Below, piece after piece: positions 53,770 through 64,000 of a stretch of 64,000 nt of DNA. Origin of the DNA: Octopus bimaculoides (Eukaryota); contig NC_068995.1 in NCBI RefSeq assembly GCF_001194135.2, forward strand, positions 33,491,218-33,555,217, given 5' to 3'. A program made the translations under genes and the position numbers. A model generated the notes under the pieces. The model saw only the letters and a list, made by a program, of their open reading frames with translations, searched no databases and was not told the DNA's origin. The first letter of the stretch is position 1; every line of letters starts with the position of its first letter.

Positions 53770-55349
53770 TACTTTGTTCCTTTATGTATGACAACTCAAA
53801 ATTTAGATAAACAAAATCACTTAAAAATAGGCAAGATCTTTCATTGTAATCACTAACTCTGAGTTTAAAGATAGAAATGATTAATGTAGTTGATGTTATG
53901 AATATAGTTAAATGGGTAAACTACTATTAGTTGATAAATAAAGTATCTATCACTTGGGCACATGGTAGAAGTATTTATAAGTTCATTCATCCTAAATAAT
54001 TCTCTTTTGGATAATTATAGTAAAAATTAATATTTACCATTTTCTCATAGTAAAACATTCCATATTACTACATGGTGCCAGGCAGTTTTTCTTAACTCCT
54101 CCTAAATATGGTTAACAATATGAAGAGCATTCATATGCTATACACAAAATACTATGCATTCTTGACTTCATAGTTAACTACTTGAAGTGATGTCAAAGCT
54201 TCCACGAAAATTAATCTAGTTAAATAGTACTTGCTTAACTCTTTTGATATTAACCTGCCTGAAACTGCCCCTGGTTCTATGATACAACCTTTCTAATTTA
54301 AAGTAATTTAAAGTAAAACCTTCCATCAAAATTCCATGTTAATTTATGTTCCAAACACTAGCTTAATGTTGACAAAGTTATTTCAATAAATCCTTCATAA
54401 TTTTCAGAATGAATTGAAATAAAGATAGTGTATTGCTACAGAAATACGGTAACAAAAAGATGAAGATAGCTGAATTTTGATGCAACTATTAATAGTCTAA
54501 TTCTACTATAAGCCCACACATGTGCAAACACGTGAAACTAAAGGAGATCAAGCTTGTTATAGTGGTAGGATGATTATGATTTCAATAAACTGTCACTGAA
54601 AGGGAAAATGATATTGTTTACAAAAGGAAAAGGAAAAGGAAAGAGAAATGAAATATACTGAAATTTGGTCAAACAAATTAAGAAAGCCCCAATATTATGA
54701 TGTATCTGTATTAACCTACTATTACTACAAGTGCACACATGCACGCACACACACACACACACACGCACGCGCGCGCGAGATCAAACTTGTTATAGCCTTA
54801 CTTGAAAGGGTAAATGATATTGCTTATAAAAGGAAATCAGAATAGCTGAAATAAATGTTTAGCATTTTTTTATGCTTACATTAAACTTATTTTATTTGCT
54901 TTTAGAGCAATTACTTTCATATTTCAAAGTATCGTAATTTAATTGCTTTACAATACTATAGTGTCTATATTTGTTTTGTCAAAAGAGCAGTTGTAAAAAC
55001 TTTTTTCTTTCCCTGTTTTTCATAATCACACTGATTATTACCATATTTAATGCACCAAATATTTTATGTCAATAGCTAAAAAAGGAAAGCAAATGGCTGG
55101 CGTATTTTAAATGATAGACAAAACACAATGCTGTTTATTAAGAATTTTAGAGCATATTATATTTTACATAGATCTACTTAATTCTTTATGATATTTGAAT
55201 TGAGTCAATTCTAAAAAGTTTTCTAAGGAACTCAAAGTTAAGTGGCTTAAAATTCTCAAAAATTAAGAATTGCTTTGTTGATTTTTATTTTTTCTTCTCT
55301 GCCTCTTTCTCCTCCTTTCTCCCTCTCTCTCCTCCTCCTTCTTCTCCGT

Positions 55350-55986
55350 CAATCTTTCAGGCTCTAAATGAACATGGCTGCTGTTGGAGAAAAGGTGTGA
55401 GAGAACAAAACAGATAAAGAAAAAAAGGAAGAAATGAGAAAAAGAAAAGCTTGGAGGGAAAGGAAATAAGATTTGTGTTGTTTTGACCGGTTACAATGGG
55501 AATTAACAATGGTTTGTGAAGGTTAATTTGATGGGGAAAAGGTTAAAGTTTGTTAAGCATGGCTTAATCCAGAGTGGGTGATGTTCTCTAGTTCAATAGT
55601 AGAAACTTGGCAAGTTGTTTGCATTTTGTGAAACATTCCAATCTCAAGTTCAAATCAGTGAAATTCTTAGATTTAAAACGGATAAATCTAAGAACTCCTC
55701 TAAATTACTAGACTCAAGACTAGAGCTTTTCACAAAATGCAAACATCTTACCAAGTTTCTACTTTTGAACTAGAGAAGACCACGTGTCTGTATTAGGTAT
55801 ATAGCCTTACAAACTGTAACTCTTCCTCATCAAATTAACCTTCACGAACCATTGCTAATTCTCATTTTAACAGGCCAAAGGGACACCAGTCTTATTTCCC
55901 TTACTTCCAACCAAGCTTTGCTTTTATTTGTTTTTTTCTTAAAGTTTTTAGAGAGCAGCCATGTTTATCTTGAGCCTGAAAGGTTG
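55350..55986. repeat. Large degenerate palindrome (~630 bp)
   Basis: Perfect central stem ttcttagattta / taaatctaagaa (55664-55675 and 55683-55694). The arms pair outward, e.g. tagaaacttggcaag..tttgcattttgtgaaa with tttcacaaaatgcaaa..ttaccaagtttcta, and the ends ctttcaggctc / gagcctgaaag. Confidence 0.85.
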
Positions 55987-56204
55987 CTGGATAGTACATG
56001 GCATGCTTGACAAGCTTGTATGATTACTGTTCTATCAGAGCATGAAACTTACAGTTGTTCATATTTAAATTCTGTGTTTATTCAATATTTATTTTTCACT
56101 GAATGGAGTACTTTTTCTGTTGATCCTATTTGTAATAAAACAGTACTCTCCCCCCCTCTCTCTCTCTTTCTCTCTCTCTACATATATATATATATGTGTG
56201 TGTG

Positions 56205-56255
<51 letters not shown>

Positions 56256-56718
56256 ATAGATCACCATCCGAGCGTGATCGTTGCCAGAGCAGCTGACTGG
56301 CTTCCATGCCGGTGGCACGTAAATAGCACCATTTGAGCATGATCGTTACCAGCGTCACCTTACTGGTACATGTGCTGGTGACATGTGAAAAATATTCGCG
56401 CGAGGTTGTTGCCAGTGCCGCTAAACTGGCTCTTGTGCAAGTGGCACATAGACAACACCATTTGAGCGTGCCGTTGCCAGTACCGTCTGACTGGCCCTCG
56501 TGCCAGTGGCACGTAAAAGCACCCACAACACTCTCAGAGTGGTTGGCATTAGGAAGGGCATCCAGCTCTAGAAACTATGCCAGATCAGATTGGAGCCTGG
56601 TGCAGCCATCTGGTTCGCCAGTCCTCAGTCAAATTGTCTAACCCATGCCAGCATAGAAAGCGTACGTTAAACAATGATGATGATATACATGCATATGCTC
56701 ATATATCATTTATATTAT

Positions 56719-56769
<51 letters not shown>

Positions 56770-58449
56770 CCACTCCTCTACAACTCTTCAGCCTTATCTA
56801 ATCTACTTACAATTCTATCAGTTCCTAACAAATCTCCATTTCTAATGTTGAGGATTTTTACTGAATACTTCTATTAGAAACTGAAGCAATTTTCTCGTTT
56901 AAATGGTAACATTACATATTACATTTTGATTCTGTAAAAGTTCTTTTCTCATTTCTTGAGTAAAAACATCTGTTTCAATCCGTATTGTTTTTTTATTGCA
57001 TTCGGGGAGAGAGTCATTAGATCCTTGTTTATTGAACCTGTTTAATCCTTGTATATTGCTGTGTTGTCCCCAAATGCTACTACTGTAATGTTGATGCTTC
57101 TTCTTCTTAGAAAGCATTACCTAATCATCATCTCTAGTATAATTCTGGCTGTAAAAATGGAGCAATGTCATTATATATTGCATTTGTTGATGAAAATGTT
57201 CTTAGTAGATTAATGTTGATTTCAAATTTTGGCACAAGGCCAGCAGTTTTGAGAGAGGGGACAAGTCGATTACATTGGTCCCAGTTCTCAACTGGTACTT
57301 TTTTTTATCACCCCTGAAAGAATGAAAGGCAAAGTCAACCTTTGTAAAATTCAAACTCAGAAAGTAAAGACAGATAAAATACCACTAAGCATTTAGTTTG
57401 GCATGGTAATGATTCTGCCAGCTCACCACCTTAAAAGGAGATGGCTTGTTGGTTAGTATGGGGCTCCAACCCGCAACATTGCATTATTAGCATAACACTC
57501 CAACCAACTGAGTTAACGAGCCACATTTAGTAGATTAATAATGACAATTGGAAGGAGAAGAATCCTGCTTTTAAGCTTTCTTTGTAATGTAAAAATTCTA
57601 AGTGTTGAAGATATTTCAGATTTTTAAGAAGTATTGCATTAAATTTTATGCTTATATTTTACTTGTTATTTTTCACTGGATACTGAGAAGAGTGAGGTTA
57701 CTTTCTGTGTCTTTATTCTTTGTATTTTACATCACTTTACTTCCTCTTGCTAAATTTTTATAACTAGCCTTTCTGGTGATTCCTCTGAAGATGGATTCTA
57801 TTTCATTCATTTTTGTTTAGCAGCCTCTTATAGCTGACACTTTCATAAAAGCCTACTTTGAAAGACTTCATAACATCCTCTCAATGTAGCATATAGACAT
57901 TAGTGAAATCATAGCTATGGCCAGTGTTAGTGACATGTGAAAGGCACCTGTGCCAGTGATACATAAAAGGCACCTGTGCCAGTGACATGTAAAAGGCACC
58001 TATGCTGGTGACACATAATATACATTTGTGCCAGTTACATGCAAACGAGACCCATGCCAGTGATGCATAAAAGGCACCCATGCTAGTGACATGTGCCAGT
58101 GACACATGAAAGGCATCTCTGCCAGTGATATGGACGAGGCATCCAGTACACTCTGTGGAGTGGTTGGCATTAAGAAGGGCATCCAGCAGCCAAAAACAGA
58201 CTGGAGCCTGATGTATGTATATATAGATTTATATACAACAGACTTCTTTCAGTTTTCGTTTACCAAATCCACTCACAAGGCTTTGGTTGGCCAGAGGCTA
58301 TAGTAGAAGACACTTGAAGGGCCCGTGCTTGTCACTCAAATATCAAATACCAATCATGTTATAAAAATGGCATATTTAATGACTTGTAGTAGTACCAATG
58401 TTAGCTTCTACATGTCAAAAGTTATGCATTAGAGAGAGAGAGAGAGAGA

Positions 58450-58830
58450 CGCATCTCAGAAGCATCAAATTGTTGAACTTGGTTATGAAAGTTATGGAAA
58501 ATGTTATTGCAAAATTGATTAGGAAAAGGATTAACCTTGTTTGGATACAGTTCAGCTTTGTGACAAGAGGGACTGCCAATGCCATATTTATGGGAAACAA
58601 CTGCAGAACAAATACTTAACTAGAAGTAAATCTCTCGTCTTATCTCTCATTGACCTGGAAAAGGCCTTTGTTTTGTGGTTTGTTAGTAAGGAAAGTAGTA
58701 GTAGCTGGATGGCTTGTGAGAGCCCTACAGACCATGTCTAAAGGTGCAGGTAGCAAAATGGGAGGCACCAAGGAATTCACTAATGAATTTAGTGTGCAGG
58801 TAGGGGTCTATTGAGAATAAGCATTCAGCT
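58450..58830 (+). mobile_element. RTE LINE RT remnant
   Basis: RSIKLLNLVMKVMENVIAKLIRKRI...QFSFV.RGT.NAIF and IDLEKAF motifs. Confidence 0.7.
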
Positions 58831-59031
58831 TTCTCCTTTTTTATTGTGATCTTCCAGCAAATAAGTAGCAGTCATTAATATCTCCCTCCCATTACTATAC
58901 CTAAGTAATGAAGAATCGTAGCAAATTTGTTGTATACAATGCACCCATTATTTAATCTTCTGTGTTGCTAGCCATGACACTCACTCTCCTTCAGGTCTCT
59001 CTTTTATTGACATCTATTATACCCTTAGCAG

Positions 59032-59235
59032 CCATTACTGTCTCTCTCCCATTACTGTCTCTCTCCCATTACTGTCTCTCTCCCATTACTGTCTCTCTCC
59101 CATTACTGTCTCTCTCCCATTACTGTCTCTCTCCCATTACTGTCTCTCTCCCATTACTGTCTCTCTCCCATTACTGTCTCTCTCCCATTACTGTCTCTCT
59201 CCCATTACTGTCTCTCTCCCATTACTGTCTCTCTC
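59032..59235. repeat. Minisatellite: 12 perfect copies of the 17-mer ccattactgtctctctc
   Basis: Read directly; 204 bp = 12 x 17. Confidence 0.95.
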
Positions 59236-59720
59236 ATTGGTTACTCCTCCCACTAGAATGATTAAGGCGGCAAGCTGGCAGAAACGTTAGCATGCCGGGT
59301 GAAATGCTTAGCGGTATTTCATCTGTCTTTATGTTCTGAGTTCAAATTCCACTGAGGTCAGCTTTGCCTTTCATGTGACAAATAAGATCTTGTAGAGTTA
59401 AAGTTTTACTATATGATAACTGACAATTCTTTGGAGTCTTGTTTTCCAAATATAGAAAATGCCTCATGCTCAACTAATTGTCCTTCATGGTTACCAATTG
59501 TAATGAAGAATGCTCATTTTCAAAACTGGAGAGGATTGAAAATGAACTAAAAAGCACTATTAATCAAAATAGATTGAACAATCTCTCTGTAATTAGCATC
59601 AAACATAAACTTGTGTGGAACACAAGTGTTTTACACTTTTGTCATCAAATTTGATCATGCTTAGAAAATGTAACTATTAAACTTTACATTGCAAATAAAA
59701 TATCTATATGTTTTAATATA

Positions 59721-60957
59721 TTGGGTTGGCAAGAAAGTAATTTCGCTTTTTGCAAATAGAGTTACAATTTTTTTGAATGACTTTTGTCAATGTTATGATT
59801 TTTTCCTTTTGACATTTGATGGCCATTACTTTTTAGCTTACTTTAGAAGTAAATTGCACGTAATTTTGTTTACAGCTGTTAGTTCAGTGTCAATTGAACA
59901 TTTTCACCATATTTTGCTTTTGTATTTCTGTAAAGGCAAGAAAGCTATTGAGGTTCACAAAGAGATATGTGAAGCTTATGGTGTTGATTGCTTAACAGAA
60001 CACACATGTCAGAAATGGCTTAAAAAATTCTGTTCTGGAGATTTTTCACTCAAAGATGACCAGCTTTTTGGTCAATCTACTGAAGTTGATGATGACCAAA
60101 TCATAGCCATAATGGAATCTGATTGTCATATAACTGTGTGAGAGATTGCAGAGAGATTAAATGTATCACGCACAACTATTGAAAATCACTTAAAATGTCT
60201 TGAACTCGTTAAGAAGCTCAATATTTGGGTTTCACATAAATTGAAAGAGATTCACTTGACAGTGAATCAATATTTGCGACAGACATCTCAAATGCAATGA
60301 AATCGATCTTTTTTTTCAAATGAATCATCACTGGTGATGAAAAATGGATTGTCTACAATAACATCAATCAAAAACGATTATGGTCCAAGCATAAAGAATC
60401 AGCACAAACCACATCGAAAGCTGAATTGCATAAAAAAAGATCATGCTGTCCATTTTGTGGGATTACAAAGGTGTTGTGTATTTTGAGCTGCTTCCAAGGA
60501 ATCAAACAATCAATTCAGATGTTTACTGTCAACAACTAATGAAGCTGCAGGAAGCAATCAAAGAAAAACGTCCACAATTGGCAAATCGTAAAGGGATCAT
60601 GTTCCATCAGGACAATGCTAGACCATACACGTCTTTGCTAACTCGTGAAAAATTATTGGAGCTTAGCTGGGAAGTGATGTCACATCCACCATACAGCCCT
60701 GACCTTGCACCATCAGATTACCATTTACTTTGAAGTTTGCAAAATTCTTTGAATGGTAAAACTTTCAATAATGATGATGACCTGAAATCGCACTTGCTTC
60801 AGGTTTTGGCTGATAAGGACCAGAAGTTCTATAAACGTGGAATCATGAAGTTGCCAGAAAGATGGCAAAAGGTCCTCGAACAAACTGGAAAATATGTATA
60901 AGTTCATTCTTTGTATTAAAAAAATGACTTTTATTTCACACTTTCTTGCCAACCCAA
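59721..60957 (+). mobile_element. Mariner DD34D (mellifera/cecropia-like), full length, inactivated by stops and frameshifts
   Basis: TA-flanked TIR ttgggttggcaagaaagt at both ends; ITGDEKWIVY, LWDYKGVVYFELL, HQDNARPY...HPPYSPDLAPSDYHL with 34 residues between the last two Asp. Confidence 0.93.
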
Positions 60958-61963
60958 TATATATATGTGTGTGCCAGTGCCATGTAAAATGCACTTGTGC
61001 TGGTGCTGCATAAATGCACTTGTGCCAGTGGCACGTAAAAAGCACCCATTATATTCTGTAGAGTGGTTAGTGTTAGGAAAGGCATCCATCCGTAAAAACC
61101 TTATTAGAACAGACAATTGAAGTCTGGACAGCTCCCTGGCTGCTCAGCTCCTGTCAAACCATCCAATCCATGCCAATATGGAAAATAAATGTTAAACAAT
61201 GATGATGTTGATAATGATGATGATGTGTAAATTTTTAAAATCTAGATCCCATTTCTATGAAATGATATAAATCCTGCTCTATTGTAATCTGGTGTCAAGG
61301 CCATAGTAATCAGGTGAGAGAGTTAAAATATTTGTAATGTTTTGTAGCTCTTTATCAACAACTTAAGCATTATAATTTTATCACTTACCCAAAATACATC
61401 AATGGCACTATTCATACACTTCTCTTCTAGGAGTCTTTAACTACAATTATTACATACAAAACTATTTTTATCTTTATGCTTCCCAGCTGACCTATTCTAT
61501 GATACTTCTTTCTGAAACATTTCTTGCAAATAAACAGAAAAATATTATTTGAAACTTTTTTTTCTGTAACATAAAAAACAAAAGAAATTTTATTAAAACA
61601 TGGCTTCCCTAAAAGTTTGCATTCAATTAAAACTATTTAAGACTGTGTCTCTTTAGCTGAATTAAAAAAAAAATATATATATCATATCACTTGAAAGGAA
61701 AATTCCTACCTGAAAAAAATATTTATTTAGAATTTGAGTGCAGATGATATCATGTGGATGTTGTACCAGACAACTGACATTGTTGTCCAGATAAAGTATA
61801 GATAATTAATGATGGTCTTGTCAGATGCAATCTTAGATATAGTGAAGCTACAGACTTTGACATCTTCAATCAATAGTGAAATTGACCAGTTTTGAGTCAC
61901 ATTTCTTTTATTGTTGGAGAACTCTTTATGGAAATTGAAGACAATGTCAGAGGTCATCATTAA

Positions 61964-62178
61964 CCCTTTAGTATTCAGATTATCAAATGTAATGCTTATT
62001 TATTCACATTGTTTTGAATCAATCATGCGTTATCTTGTAGCTTTGAGATATCAATGATATGATTGTTTATTTTTAAAATAACATTGTAGGGTAGACGTGA
62101 GAGGCTGAATCTGTCCAGTTTGAACATAAAACAGGTAGAATATTTTGGCCAGATATGACTGGTTTAAATGCTAAAGGG
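61964..62178. mobile_element. piggyBac-like MITE, 215 bp
   Basis: TTAA|ccctttag ... ctaaaggg|TTAA termini (TTAA at 61960-61963 and 62179-62182). Confidence 0.85.
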
Positions 62179-62997
62179 TTAACTTTGAAATGTTCTTGTC
62201 CATTTAACTGAAGATAAACACTTCAGAATTGAAATAGCTTGCTGTTCCAAGTAGTAATAACAGCAGTAGCAGTACTATAAACAAATGATTCATTAGTTTG
62301 TAGTCATGAATTTTAATGAAGAGAGATGGGCCAGACTGATTTTCCCAATCTCTAGATGACCAAATGGTTCAGCATTTCACTTCACAGAACTGAAGTCTTC
62401 TGTTTGATCCCACTGAGTGATATCTTGGATGTCTTTTACCAAAGTCTCAGGTCACTTCAAGTCCTGGGAAGGAAATTGAGTAAGTAGAAACTATGTAGAA
62501 GCCTGTCAGATAGTAATTCAGTTGATCAGATAAATAAATACTCATTGAAGCACCAAGTTCCACAACATGAAGACAGTCTTTAGTTAGTAACACTAAAGAT
62601 ACCTGTGACATTTCAAATTTATCATATTTCTTCTGACTTTGTCATCATCATTGTCATCATCATCCTTTAATGTCTATTTTCCATGCTGGCATGGGTTGAC
62701 TTTTATGTGCAAAATCTGCTGAAGTGTGTGAGTACTGAAACTGACATCATAATTGATGGTGAATTTAGTAGGAAATTTAGTGTACCAGTAATTCACTAGG
62801 GTACTATCATTTTCCTGTTTGCAATAATACGGAATTTGAAATAAGCAATATGTCATTTGTTTGAATCAATAACAGTCATAGTCATACTCATATCATTGAT
62901 TTCTCTTTTTGATAAGAACTGCCTTTGTAATGTTTAATTTAATAAAAATGCACAAATTCATTTTTTTATTCTTCTTGTATTTTTAGAAATTTGAAAA

Positions 62998-63198
62998 ATG
63001 GTAGCACTCACAAGAAGTCTAAACATAGCTAGTGTGATGTTAAAATCGATGTTCTGGACTTATGGCAAATTCTGTGCCTTACATCCATGGGAAGTGATTA
63101 TTGGGACATTATCGGTGACTTTGTGTTTCATGTCAATGACCATGTACTCAAGTGAAGTAAAAATCTGTGGCTGGAACTATGCATGTTCTAACATCGAT
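62998..63198 (+). CDS. HMGCR: HMG-CoA reductase, first coding exon (N-terminal membrane domain, TM1)
   Basis: MLKSMFWTYGKFCALHPWEVIIGTLSVTLCFMSMTMYSSEVKICGWNYAC aligns with human [50 protein letters not shown]. Polypyrimidine tract plus AG at 62985-62986; donor GTGAGT at 63199 (phase 0). Confidence 0.93.
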
Positions 63199-63302
63199 GT
63201 GAGTAAACACTTTGCCATTACAGCATGACACTGCTTTCTTGGCCTTTATTTCCTTTCACCTTTTAATTATTGTTTGAAATAAATTTTTTGTTTACTTTCT
63301 AG

Positions 63303-63414
63303 AAAATGCAATCCTTCAGTACAATTGGTATCAAAATAGCAAGAGATGTTGCTGTTATGTCTCTCTATTTGAAATTTCGGGATCTGAAGAAAATTGGATC
63401 TCATTATTTACTGA
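63303..63414 (+). CDS. HMGCR: HMG-CoA reductase, second coding exon (start of sterol-sensing domain); gene continues beyond the window
   Basis: Acceptor ttctAG at 63301-63302, donor GTGAGT at 63415. The 112-nt exon encodes KMQSFSTIGIKIARDVAVMSLYLKFRDLKKIGSHYLL, which aligns with human [37 protein letters not shown] and is in frame with the previous exon across a 104-nt intron. Confidence 0.9.
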
Positions 63415-64000
63415 GTGAGTATTCCTCTTACTACTACCACCAATTCTCTTCTATTTTCAGTCTACCCCCCCCCCCTTTCTTACTCATGTACTCTCACTTT
63501 CTATCTTTCTATCCTCAACCACATACATGTTTTGGTCTTGTTGCCATAAAACTAGATTTATAACCTGAAACCAACTGCAACAGTTGTCCACATTTGTAAA
63601 GAAATAGAAATGTTTATGACAGCTAGAAAATGAATGAGTGAACAGTGTAGTAGTTTTGTGAGCAATTCATTTTTATATAATATGAGTTTTATATAATACT
63701 TTTTATTGCTGATGTTCTGTATCTAAAGACAGTTAAATATATAACAAAAGGTCTGTATTTAGAATAGTTGGTTTCCTGTTAAAAACGTTTAACATTATTC
63801 AAGTTTTGTTTTTCTTGTGTGTATTGGAGGAGAGATGGAAATGTGGCTTCAGAATTTTATGTCATGGATTAACCCTAGAATTATATAAAAACAGAAAAGT
63901 GATAACATCTACTGCAAACAGTGTAAATCTATTGTAGTAATAGGACAATTTTAAAGCCAACACTGTATGCTTGCAGTGTAAAATTGTAAACAAATGTTAA

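Larger units (their letters stand above)
48738..55090 (+). repeat. Set of old local direct duplications (blocks C, A, B)
   Basis: C: 48738-48858 vs 50290-50403. A: 48875-49195 vs 54545-54630 and 54778-55090. B: 49240-49510 vs 51860-52125. Roughly 75-80% identical by eye. Confidence 0.75.

Noticed and set aside
59032-59235. CRISPR-like array or repeat protein (ORF 58962-59261)
   Set aside because: Contiguous 17-mers without spacers in a eukaryote; the ORF is just the repeat lacking stop codons.

Overview
AT-rich, repeat-dense eukaryotic scaffold with 7 N-gaps. It is very likely an octopus (coleoid cephalopod), inferred from the SINE/RTE repertoire and a cephalopod-like mitochondrial 16S fragment. 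Two genes are supported. The first is a complete, intronless Polo-like kinase 4 (PLK4/SAK) CDS on the minus strand (7099-10149). The second is the first two coding exons of HMG-CoA reductase (HMGCR) on the plus strand (62998-63198, 63303-63414). The HMGCR ATG exon has a splice acceptor in front of it, so a non-coding exon lies upstream; the best candidate is the CpG-rich segment just 5' of PLK4, which would make the pair head-to-head with a ~52 kb first intron. The rest is mostly transposable elements: tRNA-derived SINEs, RTE LINE pieces, four mariner copies, a DD37E Tc1-like element, a Penelope-like element, hAT and piggyBac-like MITEs, two foldback MITEs carrying telomeric repeats, microsatellites, a NUMT and large palindromes. 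All assignments come from reading the sequence and recalled family motifs; no searches were run, and percent identities are by-eye estimates.
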